Assembly: GCF_009914755.1 (NCBI RefSeq)
Contig: NC_060938.1
Reading direction: 5' to 3' (one strand)
Source: the human T2T-CHM13v2.0 reference genome, Homo sapiens
Length of the DNA stretch: 64,000 bases
The notes under the pieces are model-generated. The model had not been told where the DNA came from and did not search any database. It saw only the letters and a list, made by a program, of their open reading frames with translations. Below are positions 31,211 to 45,968 of the stretch, piece after piece; position 1 is the stretch's first letter; each line of letters begins with the position of its first letter. Both the position numbers and the translations under genes were made by a program.

Positions 31211-31491
31211 TTTTTTTTGGAGACGGAATCTCGCTATCACCCAGGCTGGAGTATAGTTGCGCTCTCTCTGCTTACTAAAACTTCCACCTCCTGGGTTCAA
31301 GCCTCAGCCTCCTGAGTAGCTGGGACTACAGGCGCACACCACCAGGCCCAGATAATTTTTTGTATTTTTTTAGTAGAGATGGGGTTTTGCCATGTTGGCC
31401 AGTCTGGTCTCAAACTCCTGAGCTCAGACAATCCACCCACCTCGGCCTCCCAAAGTGCTAGGATTACAGGTGTGAGCCACCACGCCTGGCC
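31211..31491 (-). mobile_element. Alu SINE
   Basis: poly-T start; ends GTGTGAGCCACCACGCCTGGCC. Confidence 0.85.
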
Positions 31492-31518
31492 TCAACTGAC
31501 TTTTAAAAAGTGAAATTT

Positions 31519-31834
<316 letters not shown>

Positions 31835-32832
31835 TTAGCAGCTGGCCATGAAGTCACAAACCTGAATTTTCAAAGACTCATATATATGGCAAAGCTTCTC
31901 AATCTCAACGTAAGCCTTACCATAAAAGAAAAACGCAGTACTCATCTACAGTATATCCAGGATTTACAGCACCAAAGAGGTCCAGACTGGAACAGCGAAA
32001 CTCAGATCTGGTTTCAGTCTCTTGAAATTTTACTCCTGCAAAAGACAACAAAAGCTAAAAAATTATTTCAAGTCCTGATGTTACTTTGAGTTGTTTGTAT
32101 TTCCTGTATTTCACCCTTCTTTCTACCTAATTCTCTGCTGAAAATGCAGGCACGGGTAAAGAATATAAGCTTGTCCTAAGTTACCTAAAATAACTTTTAA
32201 AATATTACAATACATGAATACAATAAAATTAGAAAATAGGTTTATAATAATAAAAGATTACTTGTAGAACCCAATTCTAGAGAAAATAACCCCCTAGTAT
32301 TTTAGTATATATGTCCTTTCAGTTTTCTTAAGCAAACATATGCATATAAAAATATTTAAGCAGAAACATATTGCTCTATATAATCTGTTTTTCATGTGTC
32401 ATGAATACCGTTCTATTTCAATAAACATAAAACTGTATCATAACTTTTAAGTGATTCTATAGTGTTGTACCGTATAGTCTTCACAAAATTGATTTAACCA
32501 ACTCTGTGTTTCCTTTAATCTACATGTATAGATTGATAAAATAATGATTAGTTTAAAACTGCCAGGCTAAATTGCCTATAGAATTATACCAGTTGCCAGT
32601 GCTTTTTCTGTAGTGTTTGAACTTTTAGATTAATGATTCCTGACCCTAGTTCTAACTCACAAAAGTGATTTTTTGGGGATATAGAGATATCACAAAAGAT
32701 CAAAGCACAACAAAACATTAGTCTCAAATTCATAATTTATTAAGATTTAAGAATTACCTGGGATTACAGACTAAATCCCAGTATGAATTCCAACAAGCAG
32801 AATTCAATTGCAGGTGTTTGCCCCTAGCTTTA

Positions 32833-32907
32833 GTCTGCTCAGAGCATGTGTTTAATCAGGCTGATCAGCTGAAACACGGACTTAACATGCATTTCATCAT
32901 GGCAAAC
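32833..32907 (-). ncRNA. SNORD126: C/D-box snoRNA (SNORD126) in a CCNB1IP1 intron
   Basis: Minus strand: GTTTGCC-ATGATGA(C box)-...-CTGA(D')-...-CTGA(D box)-GCAGAC; 6-bp terminal stem GTTTGC/GCAGAC; about 75 nt; position matches recalled SNORD126 locus. Confidence 0.7.
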
Positions 32908-33369
32908 TGTAAATGACTGAGGAAGGGCAAACCAGCACTGGCTCCTCATCCCTAAACAGGAAAATTCTCCTAAGGTTAGAACTGGGGATTTTTTTTAATT
33001 ACCAAATTCCATCCACTAATAACACCGAGTCCCAAGTCTTGCTAAGTGATTAGAAATCCAAATGAGGTAAAAACGAAGATTTTGCTCTTACTCTTACCTC
33101 TGGCATCACATGAATCCAGCTTCTATCTAGAAATCCAGTTGAACCACAGGATCTATCAATTATCTAGGATCATTTCTGGAAAATTTAAAAAACATAAATA
33201 AATTCACAAAGGTTATGATTACATGACAACTCACACCAGCATGTTCTATACCAAGTCACAAGAAAATTTAGAGTAACCGTTCATCCTTTATTTAACTCTC
33301 CATTCATTAATATAAATTATTGACTCATCTATTTGGAGAATGTCACCAAATGCCCAAGCTCAATATCAA

Positions 33370-33500
33370 ATAGGGCAGGATCAGGAGTTCAAGGTTACAG
33401 TGAGCTGTGATCGTGCCACTGTACTCCAGCCTAGGCAACAGAGTAAGACCCCGTCTCGAACAAAACAAAAAAAATTTAACAACAACAACAAAAAAAAACC
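33370..33500 (+). mobile_element. Alu 3' fragment
   Basis: CAGGAGTTCAAGGTTACAGTGAGCTGTGATCGTGCCACTGTACTCCAGCCTAGGCAACAGAGTAAGACCCCGTCTC + A-rich. Confidence 0.7.
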
Positions 33501-34529
33501 GAGCAGGACCCCTACACAAGCTTAATTTTGTATAAATTTACAAGCTTGGATAAAACTGCACAATAGTCTAACCAACTTCTGAAAGGCTATAAAGGTCAAC
33601 AACCTCACAGTAAGAAAACAGTTATGCAAGAGGAAGGAGTCAAGAACTTTTAAGATTCAGATAACTGAGAAAATAATCCAAAATAGTCAGTTTTTTCAAA
33701 GCATGTTTCAATTTCATTTGAGCCAATGCCGGATTGTATTTAACCTTTACTCTTCGTAATCCTTTGTCAAAATAATCTGAAGAAAATCTTCCCTTTATAT
33801 AGGAAAATTGAATTAGTAACATTTGTAACCCAAGTCTGCCACAAGATGGCAGTGTAAGAAAGAGTCTTGCTTTAATTTCCTCTTCCAGCATTTGCGTGTC
33901 ATCTGAACTTTCAGGTCAAATACATACTAGATACGCAATTCATCTTTGCAGGCAACCTTCACACTATTCCCTACTCTTCACCTAATTACTAGCTAGAAAA
34001 TTTTTTGTATTTACTTGTAATGATCATCTAAAACTTGTTAGCTAAAAATACTGCAGTTATACTTTCATCATTATGTTCTTTTTCATGCAGCAGTGTGGAG
34101 ATTTAAAAATCCATAACCTCAGATACAATCTAGCCAGAAAGACAAGACTCACAGAAATTAACATACCACCAAATAAGTAGTAGAAAGCAAGTAAGGTTAA
34201 GAAAAGAAGTAGGATTGGTCAAGGAAGGCTTCATGAAGCAAAAAGAGTGGGTCACAAGTGGACCTTAAAGTTGCATGTCCAATAAGTAACCACTTAATTA
34301 GAGTTAAAAATTAAATTTCTCCCATTACCCTAGTCACATTTTCATTACTCAATAGCTAAATTGGCAGTACAAACATAGAGCATTTCCATCATAACAGAAG
34401 GCTCCATTGGACATCAGTGCCTTTAAGAATGGGTCTAAAATAAGCTGACAGAAAAGAAAGCAGTGGCTATCATTCTTTAGAAATCCTATCTGTCAAGCAG
34501 TATAGAATTTGTATCATTTAAATTTTACA

Positions 34530-34640
34530 ACCCCCTATTTACAGGAAAATTGAGGCTCAGAAAAATTACATAAATTTCCTAAGGTCACCTAACTAGTAAG
34601 AGCTAGGATTTAAATTCAATTCCATCAAAACTCCATACTC
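34530..34640 (-). mobile_element. MIR SINE fragment
   Basis: ctatttacaggaaaattgaggctcagaaaaattacataaatttcctaaggtcacctaactagtaagagctaggatttaaattcaa resembles MIR 5' region. Confidence 0.4.
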
Positions 34641-36485
34641 TTCAATTCACCATGGTACTTCCTACAGGAAATACACAGAGCTAAAGGTTTGCTTTAAAAT
34701 GTAATGCAGTGACATGCTAGCTCAGTAGGTTGGAAAGAAACTGAAGCATTTTAAATATCTCAGACAGATATGATCAAAATGTTATTTTACTCCTTCCTTG
34801 CCCTATACTTAGCTTTAACTATGTAAAATGTTTTCAGATCAGCAGGATGCAAGGTTAACTAAGAGAATGTAGACAAGAAGCAAGACATGGTGTGAAAGGT
34901 TTCTCCAGTTTTAACAATGTCTACCTTAAAACTCCTTGATCTCTCCAAACCTAAAATAAATTTTTTTAAAAAGGAAATTAAAAAAAAAACTACTTGATCT
35001 AAGTATTCTTACAGGATAATAATTATAGGTTGAAAGGAACAACTTCTCTATTAATCTCAACTCACAAACAAAACCCAGATTGCAAGAGGCCTGGTCTTTT
35101 TGTTTTGACACATAGCACAAAGCCTGGCACATAAATCCTGATGTTAAATATGTGATACCTTTCCCAATGTGTGATGCTTCCCTGCAGGATTCTAGTCATG
35201 CATGCTTCAACAAGTGTCATTCCACCATACAAAGGACATTTCGTATTTACTAAGTATTGTGCAAATGCTCCATAAACAATCAATGATCCCAGCATTTTGT
35301 TGACTGTGGGCAGTAATCACTTCAAAGTACTAGTGTTCATAGCCAAAAGGTACATTTTATATGTGTGAACAGATGCTTCATGAAGGCCTAATACAAACTA
35401 CAAATTGATACTAAATCAGCAGATACTCGTGTTAAGATTTCATCACCATTCCTTTTGACTCTATTCCAATTTACTCAGTGCCACCTAGCATTATAGGATA
35501 CAATGGTAACTCGAATCTCTAAGCTAGGCTTTTTAGATAGGAAAGACACACATACGTGTAATGAAGAGAACTTAAGGCAGCTTATCTTGATCAAAATTCA
35601 AGTACCAGGCTTTAGGTACCATCAGCCTTTAACCCTTTCTGTTGAGAATATCCAAATCCAAGCCCATATGATTTTCAGGGGGTCTACAGATGGGCCAGTT
35701 CTGGACTGGCACACAGGGTGCTGGACTTCCCTCCTCAGTGGATTTCATCTTCAACCTGAAACAAAATGAACACACAAAATTTTGTTCATAGGAAGTAAAT
35801 ACTAAACTAATAGCTTGGTATAGTTTTCCTTTAGAGATAGTTATATAAGGTACTGCTATCAGAACAGACTCCAAGTTTTATTTCCCACTCACTATCAGTT
35901 TCCTTCCTTTTTAAGGCAGAATAGTATTCCACTGTACATATGTATAATATTTGCTTTATCCATTCATCCGTTGATGGACCCTTAGGTCAATTCCGTATCT
36001 TGGCTTTTGTGAATAATGATGCAATGAACATGGGAGTATAGGTATCTCTGACATACTAATTTTATTTCCTTTGAATATACCCAGAAATGGGATTTCTGGA
36101 TTATATGGTAGTTCTATTTTTAATTTTTTGAGAAATTTCCATACTGTTTTCCATCATAGCTGCACTAATTAATATTCCCTAAAATAATAGATTTTGAAAT
36201 CATACTAAACTAGATTTTAATCCTGGCTCTCTCATGTATTTGCTGTGCCCATGGGTAAGTTATGCAACTTCTCTAAACTTCAGCTGTCCCCTCTGTAAAA
36301 TGAGGACAAATACTACATACCTCTTAAAACTTCCGTGAAGACTGAGGTAATAAATACATTTTGCACTGTAGCTGGCATGGAGTTAAATGTTTAATATGTT
36401 ATTTCTATGTCTTGCCCAAGCTCAACCAGCTAGTGAGTAGAAAGGCAAATATTCTGCCTAAAAATTTCACACTTTTCCACAGCCA

Positions 36486-36510
36486 TAAAAAAAAAAAAAA
36501 AAAAAAAAAA
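36486..36510. repeat. poly(A) tract (25 A)
   Basis: read directly. Confidence 0.9.
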
Positions 36511-36547
36511 CATGTCCTTTGCAGCAACTGGAGCTGCTGGATGCTGC

Positions 36548-36900
36548 TGGGGGCCATTATCCTAAACGAATTTATGCAAAAACAGAAAACCAAGTATTGC
36601 ATGTTCTCACTTATAAGTGGGAGCTAAATCTTGCGTTGGGAGCTAAATCTTGCGTAGGGAGCTAAATACTGGGTTCACAGGAACAAAAAGTTGGGAACAA
36701 TAGACACTAGGTACTCCAAAAGGAGGAAAAGAGAGAGAGGGGCAAGAGCTGAAAAACTTCCTATTGGGTACAATGTTTACTACCTAGATGGCAGGATCAA
36801 TAGAAGCCCAAACCTCAGCATCATGCAATATACCCTGAAACAAACCTGCACATGTACCCCGTGAATCTACAATAAAAACAAATTTAACAACAAAAAGTCA
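36548..36900 (+). mobile_element. L1 3'-end fragment containing a 3x20-bp tandem triplication
   Basis: aaaaccaagtattgcatgttctcacttataagtgggagctaaat...acctgcacatgtaccccgtgaatctacaataaaaacaaatttaacaac typical L1 3' terminus. Confidence 0.65.
36604..36665. repeat. Tandem triplication GGGAGCTAAATCTTGCGT(T/A)
   Basis: gggagctaaatcttgcgttgggagctaaatcttgcgtagggagctaaatactggg. Confidence 0.85.
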
Positions 36901-36915
36901 CACTTCTCACAATAA

Positions 36916-37264
<349 letters not shown>

Positions 37265-38346
37265 ATATTGTCCTTCAAGCAAAAAAGACACAGGTTTGCT
37301 TCCCCCTTCCCCTCATTTCCTACTTAACAATGAAGACTCCAATGTATTATGAAGTCTTATTAACAAAAGCATGCTTCCATTGGAAAGAATGTAATGTTTT
37401 CCCAACTCACAAAACTTCCACCTAAAAAACCGGAACTAAGCCTCTTAAGACTAAAACAGCTTTGGAGAAATTCCCAAAGGCTTCCTTTTTTATTTTGCAT
37501 GTTTACATCCTAAAATACATTTCAGCTTTTCCTAACTTAATACTAAAATATGCCCTCAACACCATGAGTTCAGGGGCATATCCAGCACACATTTTCTAAG
37601 TAAACACTGAAAGCATGCCCTTTCTGCCCCTGTGAATACAAAGATGACTTGGTTGTTCTGGGCCACTGCTGTCACTCCTTCCCAGCATTAAACACATGCT
37701 CATAACAAGATAAACCATCCCCACTCAAACCAAAGTGGGCAAAGATATATTCACATAAAAGCCATCAAGATGATTTTCCTTTCGGTAGAAAATCCTTTAT
37801 TGCTCAATCAAGTTTAGAGTATTGATTGGTTTCTAATCACCACCGTGTACAAAATAAATATAAATAGGAAGCACTGCAAAATATCTAGAGTCCTTTTAAA
37901 CAAGAATATACCAAAACCCAATTGAAATGCCTTTATGCCAACTGACTGATTTACAAGGTTATTCATTTGAGGGGGAAATATCAAGATCATAAACTATCTG
38001 AATACCTACTGATAAAAGCTAAATAAATTATAGTAGGTACATAAATTAGAATACTGAGTTACCATTATACCCTGAAAACCTACTGAAAAAATATATTTTT
38101 TTAAAAAAATAATTTTTAAAGAATACTATGTTACCATTATGAAGAATGTGAACACTCTACTCATGGAACTTAAGTGGAAAAAGTAAGACACATAGTAGAG
38201 TAGGTATAGTAAAAGGGAAGGATACCTACACATATTTGCTTATATGCATAAAATATCTTAGTAACACTGTTATGAGGGAGAGGAATTGGATGGCTTAGGG
38301 AAGGGGATAAGAAACTTTGATATCTTTTGAATTTTGAACCATGTGA

Positions 38347-38590
<244 letters not shown>

Positions 38591-39635
38591 TAACAATGCT
38601 TGAGAATTATAAAAATTATGGGAGGCCTACAAATACCTATTACTACATTCGATTAACTGGTTTATTATTTGTCTTTCTCACACTTTCTGCCTATAAGAAT
38701 ATCCAACACAAACATCACATTAAAATTAACATGTACCAAAAGAAAGGAATTCAGTGAAATGACATTGAAGGTCACTAAGCAAAACTTTTTATGAGAAAAC
38801 AGATATCCAAAATACTTGCTGTAAATAAATAAGTACTGCTTACTTCTAAAGGTACCTAACATTTATTACACACCAACTAGAGCCTAGTTTTTATATATTT
38901 TATCTGATCTTGGAAAGCTAAGCCTCGGAATGGCTCACTGCTTCTCCCAAGGTCACCAGAGCTGTAAACTGTGGCGCTGGAATTTAAATCTAGAGGCTTG
39001 CCCTGAACTAAGGTCCCTAATCTTTTTCCATAGCTTTTAAGGACACAATCACCACAGTGGCAACATTAAAAATTAGGAGCTCCTTTTAAGGCTTATCTGT
39101 CTTCAGAGTTTGCTGCCCAGGTTCACCAAGAAAGCCGAAATGATCTGAGCGAAGGCCAGGAGAAAGACAAGGTACGCTGCAGCTTCCACAAACCCAGTAA
39201 GGACCTGGGCCCTCTAGACACTCACCGGAGAATTAAACTCTACTGAGCTGAACGCCTTCTCCCGAAATCTGACCTCACCCAGGGAGATATAAATCAAAAC
39301 AGCATTAGGATGATAATATCTTTCCCGCCAAGCAAAATGAAGCCGGCGTTTTCCAAGAACACACGCACTGTGCACATGAAGCACAGTCTATTGTTCCTGG
39401 GTCACCAGGACTCGGAGACGGAAGGCAAACCCAGTACTGCAGAGGCCCACGTGGAAACAAGCCAGGAAGAGCATTTCACTGCCTTCTCCCAACCTCCACA
39501 CAGCCGAAATTAATCTCCTTGCGACTCACACACACTCCTATGCCGACTTGAAATAAAGGCCTGCCACCTGGGTATATAACTCAAATGGAAGAGAAATTCA
39601 AAACAATTAGAGAGCAAAATTAAGCGCACACTCAC

Positions 39636-39696
39636 CAGCCCACCAAAACGGAGAGGGAAAGAAAGTGGAGAGACAGGAAGTCGCCTTGGGAAGTGT
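39636..39696 (-). other. CCNB1IP1: Putative distal non-coding exon 1 of CCNB1IP1
   Basis: Recalled gene span places the TSS about 9.7 kb from the RPPH1 3' end; minus strand has donor GGGCTG|GTGAGTGTGCGC at 39635-39634, preceded by CCAAT and CRE motifs. Confidence 0.3.
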
Positions 39697-39780
39697 CTTC
39701 AGAACCTGATTGGCTAATGAGTTCAAGAGGATTCCCTCCTCCTTTACCTTAAAAGGTGCTGAAATGACGTAACCCACTCC
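39697..39780 (-). promoter_or_regulatory. CCNB1IP1: Putative distal CCNB1IP1 promoter: CCAAT box (ATTGG at 39706-39713) and TGACGTAA CRE-like site (39765-39772)
   Basis: Motifs read directly; not CpG-rich; depends on recalled TSS position. Confidence 0.3.
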
Positions 39781-40199
39781 ACCCCTCTTTATGGACCAGT
39801 GATGCTTCTTGCACTATTTTTGGAGTGAACTTCTTAAACCGAGTTTCCTTTTGAGTTAATGTACTTAGGCAAAAACAGGCTAATTTAAGCTATTTATACA
39901 CGTTGTTGTTTGCGTGGGCCTACTGCATTCTATTCTAAAGAATTTTCATCCCTTAAGGGTAATTTCTTATCCTTTGTGACCTCAACATGCTTAACTTATG
40001 CTAGGCAACAGATTCCATTATAAACAGTCTAGATCGATTCAAGTTAAAATTTACCTTCATTTTTTCCCCCCAGATCCAAAGCTGGCCTGATAAAATTTAC
40101 CTTCAGGTAATCTTTGAACTAACAGGCTTAGTAGATAAAAGGTAGGTGGGTTAAGTGTTTTAGGCTTCAAATAAAATTTAGCTGATTTTGAATCTGAAC

Positions 40200-40385
40200 C
40201 TTGCCACTTATTTGCACACATCTAAGCCTCAGTTCCAACTATAAAAAGAGGGAAAAAAGATGAAATCTTCCTACTCTGATGGTTATGAGGATTAAGTAAA
40301 ATAATTTATATAATGTACTCAGTACAATGCCCGGTACACAGTACTCAACAATGTTAGCTGTTATTATTGTTATTACATATTTCTT
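40200..40385 (+). mobile_element. MIR SINE fragment
   Basis: aagcctcagttccaactataaaaagagggaaaaaag...ctactctgatggttatgaggattaagtaaaataatttatataatgtactcagtacaatgcccggtacacagtactcaacaatgttagctgttattattg matches MIR 3' consensus. Confidence 0.5.
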
Positions 40386-40558
40386 GTTAGATTTATATTC
40401 CCAAGTAGACTATAAACAACTGGAGATCAAAGTGTACGTTTTACACATCTCCAGACAAAAACAATGACTTTCAATGCTGAGGACATAATTGATTAATCAA
40501 TTATTTTGACTCCTCACATCGCCCTCCAGTTAAAGTATAGGTTCTTACTCTGTTAAAT

Positions 40559-40766
40559 TTTTTTTTTTTTTGAAACAGGGTCTCACTTCGTGTCCCAGGC
40601 TGGAGTGCAGTGGTGAAATCTCGACTCACTGTAGCCTTGACCTCCCAGGTTCAAGCGATCTCCTGCCTCAGTAAGTAGCTGGGACTACAGGCGTGCACCA
40701 TCACACCCAGCTAATTTTTGTATTTTTTTGTAGAGATGGGGTTTCGCCATGTTGCCCAAGCTGAAA
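40559..40766 (-). mobile_element. Alu fragment
   Basis: poly-T, GAAACAGGGTCTCACTTCGTGTCCCAGGCTGGAGTGCAGTGG... Confidence 0.75.
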
Positions 40767-41776
40767 GATTTCTTTTTAAGCCATAATTAGAGGACTCCCC
40801 GGCACAATATTCATCATTATTCTTAATAAATACTATTATAGTAATAGGGAATATATATACAAGTATGTGTTATATGTACAAATATACATGTAATGTGCAA
40901 ATGTTTGAAGTATAAAGATTCAAGTTATACGGAGAAATGATACAACTCTAACTCATAGTAGTTCTCATTTTTTAATCATTTCATCCTATCCACCCTGCTT
41001 CCACCTTACTAGAAATTACCTATTCCAATCCACTTTAGAGTTTACCTGCCCCAAATTTCCCAACATTTAGCATCAAATGCTAATTTGTTATTTCATAATT
41101 GATTTATTGTAACTTCTAGAGTCAAAACATTTCTTGAATGTTTACTATAAATATTCAAGAAATGTAATATTCATTACCTTGTTTAATCTTCACATTAACC
41201 CAAGAATGTAAGCACTTTCATTATAACTATTTCACCAAAAAAAAAAAAAAAAAAGGAAACAGAGTTATAGAGATTAAGGAATTTGTCTATTTAGCAAGTG
41301 GTAAAGTCAGGATTCAGATCCCAGTTGCTATGGTTTGACTGTCCCCTTCAAAATTCATGTTGTCACTCTAGTTTCTCTTCATATCGCATAAATCTTTCAC
41401 CTTTTACAAAATTCATGTTGAAACTTAATCCCTAAAGTGGCTGAAACTTAATCCTCATTAGAAGTGGGGCCTTCAAGAGGTGACTGGATCATGAGGGTTC
41501 TGCCCTCATAAATAAATTAATCTATTCATGGATTAATAGGTTATCATGGGAGGGGAACTAGTGGCTTTAAAGAAAAGGCAAAGAGACTTAAGGATAGCAT
41601 GTTAGCAGTCTCAGCATCCTGGCCATGTGATTTCCTGCCACGCCTTGGAACATCACAGCGAGTCCCCTCCAGCAAGAAGGAGTTCAGATGCAACCCAGAG
41701 GCAGTCCTTAACCTTGGACTTCACAGCATCCATAACTGCAAAAAATAAATTTCTTTTTTAAAATAAATTACCCCAC

Positions 41777-42291
<515 letters not shown>

Positions 42292-42625
42292 TTAAAAAAC
42301 AAACTAATAAATAAGTGACCCAGTTTCAGGTATTCTGTTATAAGCAACAGAAAACAAACTGAGACAGCAGCCATCCAACTTGACAGCCCAAACTCAACCA
42401 CCACATTGCACTGCTTCCTATATTGTGTGATTTCAGAAAACCTTAGAAAGTACAATATTCTTTTCAAATTCCCATTAAATATCTAACATTTCTTTATGAT
42501 ATTCTGTATTCCAGGCTTTAATACTTATAATAATCCATGATGAAATTCTCTTCAGCTGGTAACATCAAAATTTTGTGCTCTGTAAAATAACTTTGAAATT
42601 GTTTAAAAGTCGATAGATTCCTGGG

Positions 42626-42918
42626 GCCAGGTGTGGTAGGTCACATCTGTAGTCCCAATACTTGGTAGGTGGAGGCAGAAGGAGCGCTTGAGCCCAAGAG
42701 TTTGAGGGCAGCCTGGGCAGCATGGTAAAACAACTGTCTCTACAAACAATAAAAATAAAAAATTGCCAAGAGTGGTGATGCCTCTATAGTCCCAGCTACT
42801 AAGGTAGGCTGAGTCGGGAAGAGAGCATGAGCCCAGAAGGTAGAGGTTGTAGTGAGCTGTGTTTACACCACTGCACTCTAGCCTGGGCAACAGAGTGAGA
42901 CCCTGTTTCAAAAAAAAG
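42626..42918 (+). mobile_element. Old diverged Alu (AluJ-like) still flanked by TSD GTAGATTCCTGGG
   Basis: GGCCAGGTGTGGTAGGTCACATCTGTAGTCCCAATACTTGGTAGGTGGAGGCAGAAGGAG...; flanks gatagattcctgggg / gtagattcctggga. Confidence 0.8.
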
Positions 42919-43738
42919 TAGATTCCTGGGACACACGTTCAGAGATTCTAATTCAGTGGGTGGGACTCAGGAATATGTATTTTAATAAGCACCCTCAGGT
43001 ACTTCCGGTAGATTTGAGGCTCACCCTTTGGAGAACACCAACTGAATGACTATCGTTTAAGGATGTTATCACTGAAAGGGTGGTGGGGTTGAGGGATAAG
43101 GACTACATGCTGAGTACAGTGTACACTGCTCTGGTGATGGGCGCACTAAAATCTCAGAAATCACCAGTAACCAAACACCACCTGCTCCCCAAAAACCTAT
43201 TGAAATAAAAAATAAATTTAAAAAAAGGAAAAAAGGGATGTTATCACTGCTGAAGTGAGTAAACTCTTGGAAAAGGCAGCACTCTAAAAATTTCATTTAT
43301 AATTTATTCAAAATGAAGAATTGAGAATGGCCATTTGTCTGTAATTAAAAATTAAGCATCTCCTTTGCAAGTTTACATTTGGTTATCCACCCTGGAGAAC
43401 TATTGTGCTCAAATGGGCATGTTCAAGGAAGGATGTTCCTTGTAGCACTGGTTATGACAGCAAAACAATTAGAAACACCCATGTCTATTCAAAGATCATT
43501 AAATCATGATACAACTATTCCTTGGCGGCAGGGGTGGTTAATGGGTACAAAAAAATCGTTAGAAAGAATGAATAAAACCTACTATTTGATAGCACAATAG
43601 GGTGACTATAGTCAATAATGACTTAATTGTACATTTTAAAATAACTGAAAGACTGTCCATGGATAAAGGTTTCAGGGGATGGATACCCCATTCTCCAGGA
43701 TGTGTTTATTTCACATTGCACATAAAACATCTCATGTG

Positions 43739-44061
<323 letters not shown>

Positions 44062-44885
44062 TTATACACCTATTATGTACCCACAACATTTTTTAAATGA
44101 TACAACCATTCTATGAGATACTACCCAGTAGTTAAACAGAATGAAGTAAATCTGCATGTACTGACATGAAAACATCTCCAATGCATATGAAGTGAAAATA
44201 GCCAAGAATAACACCATGTAATATGCTCACATTTATGTAACACTTCTCCCCCCCCACAAAAAATGCAAAATAGAATAATTCTGTATGTGCACATTTTTGC
44301 AAGTAAATGAAAAGAAAATAGTCTGGAAAGAGACACACCAAACTGCTAACAAGTTACTCCAAGGAGAAGGATTGAGGGAATTAAGGGAGGAGCTTTTTGG
44401 TTTTGAATATCTGCAATGTTTTACGAGAAGAATGTGTTCGTGTTTAAAAAATAAAACAGTACCTCTCCACAAAATAAGGGTAGAGATCCAAGAGTAGGTT
44501 TCAATTTAGAGGGGAGAAGAGAAAAGTAGGAGACCCCAACCCCCTAAGGCAGCAAAGGACAGGCTTCAAAGGCTAAATGGACACCACATTGAATGCCTAT
44601 CCCCCAAGTTGAACCTAGGACTCCAGAGATTGGGCCTTCTACATGTTCAACACCTCCTACCCCAACTCTGAGCTACTACTTTCCCCCTTTTAATACGTCT
44701 CAGAACTCTCTCCATTTTAAATTAATATCTCTTGAGGATCCTTTCCTTCCAAAGTTGTAGCAAAGTAGAAGGTTCTCATCAACATCCCTTTCCTAGCTAT
44801 TCCTGAAGACATGTATGCAAATTCCTTTAAATGGTGGTCCTGATCCGCAGCTTTGCTGATCACTTTTGGAAAATTGGCAAATAAA

Positions 44886-44990
44886 TAATAAATTTGGAAA
44901 TTTGTTTATAACATCAGGCAATATAATATATAAATAAATATAAATAAGTTTGGAAACATATTTATAACATCAGGCAATATAATAAACCAT
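44886..44990. repeat. Tandem duplication of about 56 bp (TTTGGAAA..TTTATAACATCAGGCAATATAATA x2)
   Basis: aatttggaaatttgtttataacatcaggcaatataatat / aagtttggaaacatatttataacatcaggcaatataata. Confidence 0.8.
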
Positions 44991-45968
44991 ACTTGTGGAA
45001 TTTCAAAGCTTTTAAAATCTTACTAGTTTCCTTCAATTACTGATCTTTTTGATTCTGAATTTCTTTTTTAAACAACTCTCAAGATCCACCTCTTTGAATA
45101 AGGTAGGAAAGAGAAATCCTCAAGACAGTGAAGTTCAATAAAGTCTCACCTTTCCTTCAGAACCCACCCTCTTTTTCAAGTCATACCCCTTGCTCCTTGA
45201 CACCCTGTCTTATTTAGTATCTCATTCAACAAATATCATTGAAAGCTAGATACTGTTCCAGGCATTGGTTACAGAGCAGGAAACAAAATACACAAAGCCC
45301 TGGCTCACTTGGAGCTTACAGTCTATTGGAGAGAGTCAGATCTCCTAAAAATTAAACAAATATATGTTAAGTTGTAATTAGTACTCTGGAAAAAAATAAA
45401 GCAGACTAAGAGGCTACAAGTGATAATGGGAGTGATGTTATTTATATCAAGGAAGGCACCACTGCTACTAAGAACAAAGACCTGAAGAAAGTCAGGGATC
45501 AATCTTGTTAGCTGGAAGAAGAGTAGACCAGGTAGAGAGAACAGAAGCCTGTAGGGAGAAGAGTGACTGGTATGTTTGAGACAAAGTGGAAAGAGGCCAG
45601 AGTGCCTAACAGGAGTAAGCAAAGGGAAAAATAGTAGCAGATGAAATCAAAGCACTGGGGTAAGAAGCAGATCATATAGAGCCTGGTCAAGCCACAGCAT
45701 TTGAGATGGGGAGCCACTGGAACAAAAATCTAACATGATCTAACTTTCATTTTATTTATTTATTTTTAAATTTATCTTATTTTTTAGACAGGGTCTTACC
45801 CTATTGCCCACACTGGAGTGAAGCAGGGGAATTGCTTGAAACCCGGAGGCAGAGGTTGCAGTGAGCTGAGATCACACCACTGCACTCCATCTGTAAAAAT
45901 AAAGTAATTCTAGATAACGTGATGTCTTATCAGAAAATACTATAGCATGCTTTTTTTAAAGAACTTTT

